A stretch of DNA of 63,804 nt, filler included. It is 6 parts of 6 records of this genome, joined end to end, with 100 filler letters (N's around TTAATTAATTAA, not from the genome) between each part and the next. Parts side by side here need not be neighbours in the genome. Positions count along the whole stretch, not along the records: positions 31,774 to 50,370 come from DRR723986_5692; 5 more parts are not named here. One strand, 5' to 3'. Shown piece after piece: positions 39,417 to 48,682 of the stretch. The first letter of the stretch is position 1, and each line of letters starts with the position of its first letter. The position numbers were made by a program, and so were the translations under genes. Under the pieces are notes generated by a model that had not been told where the DNA came from, searched no databases, and worked only from the letters and a program-made list of their open reading frames with translations.

Positions 39417-40277
39417 ATGACGAAGGTCGATGACAATCTGCCGCGCGGCCGCAAGAGCCGACGCAAATCGGCCAGACTTGTGCTCACGCCGCTGGCGATC
39501 GGCATGCTGTTTTACTTCTCAGTTTCTAATTTCAGTGTGCCAACCGGCTCTATGGAAGCGACGGTTTTACCCGGCGACTACCTGATTGTTAACAAATCCC
39601 GTTACCAGCTGTCGACACCGCGGACAATGCCCGTCCTGGGTTTTGAGCTGCCATGGATGCCGCTCCTGCCGGCCTGGTCGGAGCCCGCACCCGGCGATTT
39701 GATCGTCTTTCAGTATCCCGGCAATCGCGACCAAATTGAAACGACGGAATTTACCTACTACCTGAAGCGCTGTGTGGCTGTGGCGGGTGACACCATTGAA
39801 CTACGCCAAAACAGAGTGTATGTTAATGGGCGAGCGGCGAACATGCCACCACATGTTATTCGGCAGGACCACGCCCGGATTGCGACTTCGCATCATCTTT
39901 TCCCAAATGGCACGGATTGGACAGCTACGGAATATGGACCGCTCGCAATTCCTGCTGAAGGTGACATTATCCAGCTGGATATGGAAAAGACAACAATCAG
40001 TCAGTGGAAAACTTTTATAGCGCGCGAAGGCCACGCCGTTAATATCGACCCGGTTAATCAATCCTGGATAATCGATGGGCGGCCGAGCACGACCTACGAA
40101 GTGGAGCGCGACTACCTGTTTGCGATGGGCGACAATCGGGACAACAGCCTCGACAGTCGCTTTTGGGGTTTTGTGCCTGTGGAGAATGTGATTGGTAGTC
40201 CATTCCTGATATATTACTCCAAGGATCCGCTTTCCGGCGAAGTTCGGACAGGCCGGATTCTGGAGACTGTTGAGTGA
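39417..40277 (+). CDS. lepB: Signal peptidase I, copy 2
   Basis: PTGSM, YYLKR, GDNRDNSLDSR. Confidence 0.93.
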   Translation: MTKVDDNLPRGRKSRRKSARLVLTPLAIGMLFYFSVSNFSVPTGSMEATVLPGDYLIVNKSRYQLSTPRTMPVLGFELPWMPLLPAWSEPAPGDLIVFQYPGNRDQIETTEFTYYLKRCVAVAGDTIELRQNRVYVNGRAANMPPHVIRQDHARIATSHHLFPNGTDWTATEYGPLAIPAEGDIIQLDMEKTTISQWKTFIAREGHAVNIDPVNQSWIIDGRPSTTYEVERDYLFAMGDNRDNSLDSRFWGFVPVENVIGSPFLIYYSKDPLSGEVRTGRILETVE

Positions 40278-40326
40278 AGTGCAAGGCCTAACTGACTTAC
40301 AACCTGACTGAAAGAATGCAAAGCGC

Positions 40327-41376
40327 ATGAGGCAGCCCAGCGGTAAAAAATCGCCGGATAAGGAATCAGTAGATTTACCAGGTCAGGCGGCAGATCAGGC
40401 AGCGGGGAGCGCACCAGACAAAACTTCGCGACCTAATACAGCAGGCAGCTCCAGGCATGTGCGATCTTCGGCCGGCGGCGAGACCGAAAACACCGAGTCT
40501 ATTGACGCAGCGAATTCAGATGCAGAGACCAGGAGTGAAAGTTCCGATTCGGCGCCGAGTAAATCCTCAAAACAGAATGATGTTTTGCGTTGGCGCGATA
40601 TCGGCGAGGCGCTGGCTTGGGCCCTGGTGGTAGGACTGTTTCTCAAGATTTTTGTGCTCGACATGTTCACCGTGCCGAGCGGTTCGATGCAGCCCAGCCT
40701 GCATATTGGCGACTACGTGGTCGTTAACAAGTTGGCTTACTCGCTTGGTTTACCGCGAACTGTGCCGTTCAGCGACTGGGACAATCCGCTGGACTGGAGT
40801 TTTGAGTCTGGAGACGTAGAACACCACGACGTCATCGTTTTTGACTTCCCTGCGTACTCCGAGCCCGATGCCGCTCTGGAACGTTATGTTAAGCGCGTCT
40901 GGGGGCTGCCGGGCGACACGATTGTTTTTGACGGTCAGCGATTGTTAAACCGCGCAAACAATACAACTTGTACTCTGCCAAACTACAGTGGTGCAGTACG
41001 GCACCGTGCCGAACAGATGCACCTGGCCTATCCCGACCGCTCCGACATGTCCACTCTTTTGGTGCCTTACGAGGGATTGACAATCGCTATTGATGCTGCG
41101 AATATCACCGCCTGGCAAAAATTAATTGAATTTGCCGGAAATCGCGTGAACCTTAGCGAAGGCAAGGTGTACATCAATGGTGAGCACCGTGACAGCTACA
41201 CATTTGAGCGTGACTACATTTTTGTGCTTGGCGACAATCGCGAAAATAGTTTTGACTCACGCTATTGGGGATGTGTTGCTCGTGAGCGGGTTCTAGGCAA
41301 GGCGGTTCTGGTATATTGGTCGCGCGATGCCCATGGCTCCGTCGACTTTAGCCGTATTGGAACGCTTGTAAAATAA
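40327..41376 (+). CDS. lepB: Signal peptidase I, copy 3 (long polar N-terminus)
   Basis: PSGSM, RYVKR, GDNRENSFDSR. Confidence 0.92.
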   Translation: MRQPSGKKSPDKESVDLPGQAADQAAGSAPDKTSRPNTAGSSRHVRSSAGGETENTESIDAANSDAETRSESSDSAPSKSSKQNDVLRWRDIGEALAWALVVGLFLKIFVLDMFTVPSGSMQPSLHIGDYVVVNKLAYSLGLPRTVPFSDWDNPLDWSFESGDVEHHDVIVFDFPAYSEPDAALERYVKRVWGLPGDTIVFDGQRLLNRANNTTCTLPNYSGAVRHRAEQMHLAYPDRSDMSTLLVPYEGLTIAIDAANITAWQKLIEFAGNRVNLSEGKVYINGEHRDSYTFERDYIFVLGDNRENSFDSRYWGCVARERVLGKAVLVYWSRDAHGSVDFSRIGTLVK

Positions 41377-41666
41377 GACTGCAGAAGAATACAGGTGTGT
41401 CGGTCCCTGGCTGTGCCGGGGATTGTGCCTGTATCTGTTTTAACAATCCCACTTAACAAATTCAAATTTAGACGGTAACAATCTGAGCTGTTTGCTTATG
41501 TGCAAACGGCGTGGAATACTTTTGCCGTTTGTGAACTTAGCGTTTTAAGTAGATCCAGTAATTGGGTGCGCACAATGGTGACGGCGGACTGCAGCAGCAG
41601 TCAATGCCGGCACAGGCAGCGCCTTGCCAAAAGTTAAGTAAAACGCAGAATAAGGACGGAAGGTTT

Positions 41667-44600
41667 ATGAACCCAACAGTACTGCATCGTGGATTTGCAA
41701 CGCTGGTGTTTTGCCTGGCATTTACGACCTATCTTTTAACAGTTCAGGACACCGTTCCATTCTGGGATTGCGGAGAATTTACCGCTGCCGCCGTGCAGCA
41801 GCAGGTGCCGCATCCGCCGGGTGCGCCGCTATTTTTGATGACCGGTAAACTCTTTGACCTCATCCTGCCCTTTGGTGAACCCGCCTGGCGTGTAAACATG
41901 GTTTCCGTGTGTGCATCGGCGGCATGTGTTTTACTCCTATATCTCATCTCGGTCCTGGTGATTAACAACTTCAGGGGTGGTGCGCCGCGCGGATTCACTG
42001 AATGTCTTAGCGTCTACGGCGCGGCATTCGTTGGTGCGGCCGCCTTTACTTTTAGTGATACATTCTGGTTTAATGCGGTGGAGTCGGAGGTCTATGCGGC
42101 TTCGACGTTATTTGTGGCATTGGCGATGTGGTTGATAATGCGCTGGAATGCCGCCGCTGATTCGCCTGGCAGTGAGCGCTATTTGTTGCTACTCGCGTAT
42201 CTGATTGGGCTTTCGATAGGTGTGCACCTGCTTGCGGTGTTAACAGTTTTTCCCATCGCGATGCTGATTTACTTCCGCAAATACGAATTCAGTTGGCGCA
42301 GCTTTTTAGTGATGGGCGCCTGTGCCGTGCTGGTGTTTCTGTTGGTGTACCCCGGTATGGTCAAGTGGCTGCCGGGTTTAATGGATGGGCACTCGCCGTT
42401 TGAGACTGAAGCCGGAGAATGGACCGTTGTCAACAGCACATTGTTAAGTGCCATGGCTTATGTGGTCTTGTTTGCGGCACTCATTTTGCTCGTCTGGTCC
42501 TATCGCCGCAAATCTCACCTCACGACTCTGATTACGGCCTGTTTTGTGTTAACAGTCTTGGGGTATAGTACTTATGGGCATACAATTATTCGCGCCAATG
42601 CACATCCGCCAATGAATGAGAATGATCCCGGCGACTTAAGTGGACTGGTGTCGTACCTGGGACGTGAACAATATCCGCAGGCGCCAATCTGGCCACGCAG
42701 GCATGATAGCCGTGACTATATCCAAAATAATTTTCATGCATACGGCGAATGGCAGCCGCCCGCACGCAAACGTGTTGTGCGCCGCGATGGGCTTGCATTG
42801 AGTGTGGTTGACTATCCCAACAGTGTCATAAACGCCGGCGCAGAGCTTAACTATCTGATTGACTATCAGGCCGACCATATGTACTGGCGCTACTTTGCCT
42901 GGAATTTTATAGGGCGTGTGGGTGATGTACAGGATTCGCCCTGGGTTAAAATCGGTGCCGACGCCGAATACTGGAATTACAACCTGGGGACATATTCCGA
43001 CTATTTTCCGATTAACTTCTATGGCCTACCTTTGCTACTGGGGTTGATCGGCTTAATATACCACGCCTACCGAGACCCGAAACGTGCCGCTGCATTTTTT
43101 ATCTTGTTTCTACTCGCCGGAATCATTGTTGCACTTCAACAAAACCAGCAAAATCCGCAGCCGCGTGAACGCGACTATTTTTATACCGGTTCATTCATGG
43201 TATTTGCCATGTGGATGAGTATCGGCGTGTACTTCCTTTCGGAACGTGCGCGTGTCCGCAATAAGCGTTTTGCCGTGCCACTTGTGGCCGGCGTGTTAAT
43301 TCTCAGTTTTGTAGCTGCACCGCTCAGTATGGCGCTTCAGGGCTGGTCGGTTCACGACCGTAGCGGCAACTATATGCCTTTTGATTATGCCTATAACATT
43401 CTGCAGAGTGTTGAGCCGAATGCCGTTGTGTTTACAAATGGCGATAACGACACCTTTCCAGTGTGGTACCTGCAGGACGTCGCTGGAGTGCGGCGTGACG
43501 TGCGGATTGTTAACCTAAGCCTGGGGAATACGCTCTGGTATGTTAACCAGGTTAAAAATGAACGCCCCTGGGGCACCGAGACCATACCCCTGCGTTTTAG
43601 CGATGAGTCTATTCAGGTCAAAGATCAGCAGTCAATCAATGCTATGTCGTATTACATCGGCAAAGCCGAGACTGTGCGTGTGCCGGTCAGGCCCGAAATT
43701 ATGCGTCAATACACGACTGACCCGCAACTCCTGAGTGATTCACATATGTCCTGGAGTTTTGTTGGCGAAGAGTTTAAGCGCGGTGACAATGAATACGTCT
43801 TCCGCGTGCAGGATCAATTGATTCGCGAAGTCATTGAAGTTCTACAATTTGAGCGGCCGGTGTACTTTTCAATGTCGGTTGGACCGGATGCGTATGCGGG
43901 GCTGGAAGGGCATTTCCGGATGGAAGGTATGGCCATGCGCGTTTGCCCCGTGCCGCAGGATAACCGTGGAAGCATTATTGCTTGTGATGAGGCGATAATG
44001 GATCAGACTGTCTTAAACATTCTTGACGAATCTGAGAGTTACACGGAAGCGCGCTACGGCTGGAAACTTCGCAACTTAAACAATCCCGATGTCTACTTTG
44101 ATGAATCAAATCGGCGTCCGGTGCCGAGTTATCGCAATATCTACTTAAACTACGCCGGTTGGCTGGAGAGTCAGGGCAAAACCGAAAAGGCGACCAAAGT
44201 TTTGGACGCAATGAATGAATATATTTCGATTGAGATGTTCCCAATGCCATTTGCTATTCAGTATCAAACGGCAGACATGTATTACCGTGCGGGCGCAATG
44301 GACAAGGCGCGCGCGTTTGCCGAACTGGCCACGCAGTCATCGGAATACCTGTTAAACAATCCCAACTTGTGGGGGAGCCGCGAACGCTACACCTATAGTT
44401 ATCATCCTGCGCGTGTAGCTGCCGAGGCCAGTGCCATTGCGGGTTCATATCCGCAGGCGATGCAGTACTGGCGCACATATGGCGAGTCAATCGGGCGTGC
44501 CGACGATCCAGCCTTGCGCGCAATAATTGACCAGTTGCGGATTGAGCAGTTCAGTGTTAAACAGGATTACACCGCTGCAATTGCTGAGGCCCAAAAAATA

Positions 44601-44738
44601 TTGGAGGAGTACCGCGTTTCCGGCCAGTCCTATTTTATGGAGCTGATTCCGCGTATTAGTTCACAAATTCGTGAAATGCAGCAACAAGCCGGTATTGAAG
44701 TGCCGGAGTTAGATGATGCGGTTCAGCCCGGTACATAG
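41667..44738 (+). CDS. DUF2723/TMEM260-like GT-C membrane glycosyltransferase with TPR-like C-terminus
   Basis: WDCGEF, HPPGAPL, AVESEVY, RERDYF, GDNDTFP; many TM helices; helical Ala/Tyr-rich C-terminus. Confidence 0.85.
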   Translation: MNPTVLHRGFATLVFCLAFTTYLLTVQDTVPFWDCGEFTAAAVQQQVPHPPGAPLFLMTGKLFDLILPFGEPAWRVNMVSVCASAACVLLLYLISVLVINNFRGGAPRGFTECLSVYGAAFVGAAAFTFSDTFWFNAVESEVYAASTLFVALAMWLIMRWNAAADSPGSERYLLLLAYLIGLSIGVHLLAVLTVFPIAMLIYFRKYEFSWRSFLVMGACAVLVFLLVYPGMVKWLPGLMDGHSPFETEAGEWTVVNSTLLSAMAYVVLFAALILLVWSYRRKSHLTTLITACFVLTVLGYSTYGHTIIRANAHPPMNENDPGDLSGLVSYLGREQYPQAPIWPRRHDSRDYIQNNFHAYGEWQPPARKRVVRRDGLALSVVDYPNSVINAGAELNYLIDYQADHMYWRYFAWNFIGRVGDVQDSPWVKIGADAEYWNYNLGTYSDYFPINFYGLPLLLGLIGLIYHAYRDPKRAAAFFILFLLAGIIVALQQNQQNPQPRERDYFYTGSFMVFAMWMSIGVYFLSERARVRNKRFAVPLVAGVLILSFVAAPLSMALQGWSVHDRSGNYMPFDYAYNILQSVEPNAVVFTNGDNDTFPVWYLQDVAGVRRDVRIVNLSLGNTLWYVNQVKNERPWGTETIPLRFSDESIQVKDQQSINAMSYYIGKAETVRVPVRPEIMRQYTTDPQLLSDSHMSWSFVGEEFKRGDNEYVFRVQDQLIREVIEVLQFERPVYFSMSVGPDAYAGLEGHFRMEGMAMRVCPVPQDNRGSIIACDEAIMDQTVLNILDESESYTEARYGWKLRNLNNPDVYFDESNRRPVPSYRNIYLNYAGWLESQGKTEKATKVLDAMNEYISIEMFPMPFAIQYQTADMYYRAGAMDKARAFAELATQSSEYLLNNPNLWGSRERYTYSYHPARVAAEASAIAGSYPQAMQYWRTYGESIGRADDPALRAIIDQLRIEQFSVKQDYTAAIAEAQKILEEYRVSGQSYFMELIPRISSQIREMQQQAGIEVPELDDAVQPGT

Positions 44739-44942
44739 TTGTAAAGTTTAACTTGTGTGTCTCGGCTTAGGTGTTTAATCTGAAGCTTGAGCGCTTCGCC
44801 TCCTGTCCCGCTATCTCGGTTCAGTTGGGCTTGCTGTTTCCTCTTGTTAGTCACGGAATTGGAAGTGCTGGGCTCGGCAGGCTCAAGTATTTTTGGCGAT
44901 GAGTGCGCCATCGGAAAGTCAGGAGCGATAGCTGTTAATCAC

Positions 44943-44998
44943 AAAGTCATCCAGCGGGACTTAAGTCATTTAGACTCAAGCCGGCTGGATGACTTTTT
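44943..44998. terminator. Long hairpin/terminator between convergent genes
   Basis: AAAGTCATCCAGC ... GCTGGATGACTTT(TT), 13-bp outer stem plus inner CTTAAGTC/GACTCAAG. Confidence 0.7.
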
Positions 44999-45055
44999 GG
45001 CTCAGGAGCATCAGTTAAATATTATGTTGTGAGTTTAACTCAAATGACGGAGTGA

Positions 45056-45925
45056 TTAGAGTACGGGCGCTGTAGTTTGAGACTTCCAGACACCTTCAAT
45101 GGCGGTGCGGCGCACATAGTCTCTGAAACTGCCGGCGGGACGGCCGAGGGCTTCTTCAACACCGTTCGTGGTATGTGCATTACGGCCGTCAAGAACATTT
45201 GTAAATAAATAGTTTAACAGTCTGACGGCATCATCGGGGACTTGCAGCTCACGCATTTGGGCATTAAAAGTTTCCATTGGAATTTGCATAAACTCTACTG
45301 AGCGGCCCGTATAATGAGCTATGTCTTTGACAGCCTCATCAAATGTCAGTAGCTCGGGTCCTGTCATTTCGTAGAGTTTGTTATTGTGTTTGTCACTTGT
45401 TAATGCTTCGGCAGCCACTTCGGCGATGTCTTCTATATCGATGAAAGGTTCGGCAATATTTTGGACGGGGAGAGCAACTGTTCCGTGCAGGACGGCATCG
45501 TACATGAACCCTTCGCTGAAATTCTGACTGAACCAGCTGGCGCGCAGCACTGTCCAGGTAATACCACTCGCCTGGACGATTTGCTCACACTGCTGCGCTG
45601 CGGGTTCACCGCGGCCGGAGAGCAATACAAGATGTTGTACCTGTAATTCCTTTGCCAAAGCACAGAACGCGGTGATAGCCGGCGGCGCCGAAGGTACTGC
45701 CAGGTCTGGAAAGAAGGTAATGTAGACCTTGTTGACACCTTCGAGAGCCGCGCGCCAGGTACTTTGGTTTTCCCAGTCAAATGCCGGAGTCTGTGAGCGC
45801 GAGCCGATGCGCACATTTACACCCTTGGCTGCCAGCCGTTGTGCTACTCTGCGACCTGTTTTGCCTGTGCCACCAATTACGAGTGTTGTTTCAGCTGCGT
45901 TGTTTTGTGTTTGGGATACAGTCAT
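45056..45925 (-). CDS. NmrA-like NAD(P)H-binding protein
   Basis: VIGGTGKTG Rossmann motif, LRASWFSQN, FIDIEDIA. Confidence 0.88.
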   Translation of the reverse strand: MTVSQTQNNAAETTLVIGGTGKTGRRVAQRLAAKGVNVRIGSRSQTPAFDWENQSTWRAALEGVNKVYITFFPDLAVPSAPPAITAFCALAKELQVQHLVLLSGRGEPAAQQCEQIVQASGITWTVLRASWFSQNFSEGFMYDAVLHGTVALPVQNIAEPFIDIEDIAEVAAEALTSDKHNNKLYEMTGPELLTFDEAVKDIAHYTGRSVEFMQIPMETFNAQMRELQVPDDAVRLLNYLFTNVLDGRNAHTTNGVEEALGRPAGSFRDYVRRTAIEGVWKSQTTAPVL

Positions 45926-46081
45926 GTTAATTCTCCGTTGAGTAGATAAAAGATATGTCGTTTGTTTGGAATCCAATTTAACACTCGTATTTTGGGGTGT
46001 CGATGCTCGAAAGTCGCGTGATTATGCTCATTCGTCCAGAAGTGTGTTTCTGGTGTATAAAAACAATTGTTGGTGAATCGA

Positions 46082-47068
46082 ATGGCGAACCTGATGTCTG
46101 GCGGAAATCCGGAGTACTTTCCAGAACTGCAGCAGTCTGATCCCCTGGGGGAGGCACTGCACTTTCTGCATATGCATAGTGTCTTTACGACCCGGTCGTA
46201 TTTTTCGGCTCCCTGGGGACTCGCGCTACCGGCGATGCCGGGCTGCCTCATGTTTCATGTGGTTACTGCGGGAGAGTGTTTGCTTGAGGTGCAAGGCGGT
46301 AAAAGCTGTGTTTTGCGTCCGGGCGATTTTGCGCTTGTGCCGCATGGCGAAGGGCACAAGCTTTTGCACGCTCAGGACAGTTATGCCACGGACCTGTTTG
46401 ATCTGACGCGCGAGCAGGTGAGCGAACGTTATGAGATTCTGCGGCATGGTTTGGGCGGCAGCACTTGTGACATGGTTTGCGGCGCAGTTCGGTTTGAGCA
46501 TCCCGCAGCGGGAGAACTGCTTAAAATGTTGCCTGGATTGATTCACATTGAATCGTGGAAGTCACCGCAGTCGGAGTGGATGCAAAGCACTTTGCGTTTA
46601 ATGATTCACGAAGCTCAGGAATTGCGCCCCGGCGGCGAGACGATTGTGACGCGTCTGGCGGATATTCTGGTGATTCAGGCTATACGTTTTTGTTTAAGTG
46701 AGTCACCACCCGCGCAGTCGGGCTGGCTGGCGGCGATTCGCGATCCTCAGCTAGGCCGCGCAATTCTGTTGGTGCAACGCGCGCCGGAGAAAAACTGGAC
46801 TGTAGAATCTCTGGCCTTAGCCACGGCGATGTCACGTTCAGCATTTGCGGCAAAGTTTAAGGAACTGGTTGGTGAACCGCCGATGCAGTTTGTAGCGCGC
46901 TGGCGCATGAACGTGGCCTTAAGCTGGCTGCGCGAAGGTAACGAATCTTTAAATGAAATGTCAGAGCGCTTGGGCTATCAATCTGAGGCGGCATTTAGCC
47001 GCGCGTTTAAACGATATATCGGCGTCTCACCGGGTGCTGTTCGCCGTGAGCGGCAGGAATTTGCGTAA
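46082..47068 (+). CDS. AraC-family regulator with cupin domain (RclR-like)
   Basis: PWG, FHVV..GEC, C-terminal HTH MSRSAFA...GYQSEAAFSRAFKR. Confidence 0.92.
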   Translation: MANLMSGGNPEYFPELQQSDPLGEALHFLHMHSVFTTRSYFSAPWGLALPAMPGCLMFHVVTAGECLLEVQGGKSCVLRPGDFALVPHGEGHKLLHAQDSYATDLFDLTREQVSERYEILRHGLGGSTCDMVCGAVRFEHPAAGELLKMLPGLIHIESWKSPQSEWMQSTLRLMIHEAQELRPGGETIVTRLADILVIQAIRFCLSESPPAQSGWLAAIRDPQLGRAILLVQRAPEKNWTVESLALATAMSRSAFAAKFKELVGEPPMQFVARWRMNVALSWLREGNESLNEMSERLGYQSEAAFSRAFKRYIGVSPGAVRRERQEFA

Positions 47069-47179
47069 TTGAAGCTGGAAATACGAATATTAACAAAAAT
47101 ATAAAAAGTAAGCCACCGAGAGGAACGAAGGGGGCGCAGCGCTCTGGGGTTAAGTCAAGGCTGTTTATAGCGGACCTGT

Positions 47180-48514
47180 TTAAGGTGATATGACAACTGA
47201 CTGCGATGAAGTGTACTTACATCCATCTATACGAATATGGTAAATCCCGGCAGGGAAGTTATTAACCGGAAAAGAATGTTCTGTGCCTGCGTCGCTTAAG
47301 TGTTTAACATAAATTGCTCGTCCAGATAGGTCGAAGAGTTCGATCGTCATGTCATGGCAAGGCGCGGCAAGCGAAATGGTCAGGTTGTGAACTGCCGGGT
47401 TGGGGTATACTGAAAATCTGTTTGGAATTTCCAGCCGGGTGGGGACTGACGTTGCCGTTGTTTTATAGCGTACGACTTGACCGTTGTCGGAGACAGCAAA
47501 TGCCAGGTTGCGATTCACATATTCAATCTTGGTTACTGCATGCAGAATGGTGTTCTGAATACCGGAGTCGTCAACAATCCAGGAGTTGCCACCATCTGTG
47601 GTTCGTATGATTTTTCCATTCATTCCGCCGGCGATGCCATGCTGCTCATCCAGAAAGTTAACACTGACCAGACCAAAAGCTGGGGCAATGCGTTTCTCCA
47701 GCAGCGAGTTCCAGGTTTTACCGCCATCAACAGTTTTCCATACGCGATCATTACCAACGCTGCCAACTTCGAGGTCAAAACCAACGGCGAATCCAACAGT
47801 CGGATTGAGGAAGTACATTTCGCCGGCTCGATTGGGTGCCGACTGCATAGCCCATTGCGTATCAATTCCAGATTGAACGAGTGAACCGTAACGGTCGATG
47901 TTAAAATGTTTAAGAATGATGTTGTCGTTGTCTGCATATGCGATGAATTGAAGCGACGTTATATCTGGCGTTGCGATTTGCTCCCAGCTACGGCCGCCGT
48001 CAGCCGTTGAAAAAACGCGATTGTCAGCTGAGGCTGCAACTCCTCCGGAAGCGCTAAACATGTTAACGTCAACAAAAAACTTGCGGAAGCCAAAGTCCAG
48101 GCTGTCCCAGGTTTGTCCGCCGTCATATGTGCGAATCATTAATCCTTTTTCGGCGACGGCAATCGCGATCTCGGGTGTTGGATGTGAGATCGCCAGGAAA
48201 CGCAGGGGGTGCCGTAAAAAGTTGCCCTTGTCATCATATTCAATTCCGTTTTCCAAAACGGTTTCCCAGGTTTGACCTCCATCAGTCGTTCTGCGAATTG
48301 TAGGTTTGCCGCGTTGAGCCCAATTTCCGGTAGCCATGCCATGCAGGGAGTCGGCGAAGTCAATGTCGGTGTAATCAAGGCTGTTGATATTATTGACGGT
48401 TTCCCATTTATGTGCCTGGCCGCATAGGGCGGTCTGCAGAGTGCATGACAGTATGAGTGACAGGAGAGCCATCGTTACATAGCGCGGGCGACTGAATGTA
48501 TCAGAGTGTATCAT
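47180..48514 (-). CDS. Secreted Ycf48/BNR-repeat beta-propeller protein with T9SS C-terminal domain
   Basis: Repeated T.DGG.[TS]W Asp boxes, signal peptide, VYPNP...GIYHIRI CTD. Confidence 0.85.
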   Translation of the reverse strand: MIHSDTFSRPRYVTMALLSLILSCTLQTALCGQAHKWETVNNINSLDYTDIDFADSLHGMATGNWAQRGKPTIRRTTDGGQTWETVLENGIEYDDKGNFLRHPLRFLAISHPTPEIAIAVAEKGLMIRTYDGGQTWDSLDFGFRKFFVDVNMFSASGGVAASADNRVFSTADGGRSWEQIATPDITSLQFIAYADNDNIILKHFNIDRYGSLVQSGIDTQWAMQSAPNRAGEMYFLNPTVGFAVGFDLEVGSVGNDRVWKTVDGGKTWNSLLEKRIAPAFGLVSVNFLDEQHGIAGGMNGKIIRTTDGGNSWIVDDSGIQNTILHAVTKIEYVNRNLAFAVSDNGQVVRYKTTATSVPTRLEIPNRFSVYPNPAVHNLTISLAAPCHDMTIELFDLSGRAIYVKHLSDAGTEHSFPVNNFPAGIYHIRIDGCKYTSSQSVVISP

Positions 48515-48565
48515 TTTGAGTTCCGGGCTTGTAGGGCAGTTTTGTTCGACAGTGGAAACAAAACT

Positions 48566-48604
48566 AAAAAAATCTGGAGCAAACCGTGAAGGAATGCTCC
48601 AGAT
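48566..48604 (-). terminator. Rho-independent terminator (minus strand)
   Basis: Minus strand ATCTGGAGCA-loop-TGCTCCAGAT followed by a T run. Confidence 0.75.
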
Positions 48605-48682
48605 GCCATTCAGTGGGACAATAGTTCTGCAATTGAGACGCAGAACTATTGAGATGAGAATCTTGCAGATTCTGTCATGGAC

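Noticed and set aside
38421-41376. Tandem S26 peptidases as conjugative TraF/TrhF pilin-processing enzymes, or an assembly duplication
   Set aside because: No transfer genes nearby, SPase I boxes and lepA linkage are typical, and the copies are too diverged to be an assembly artefact.
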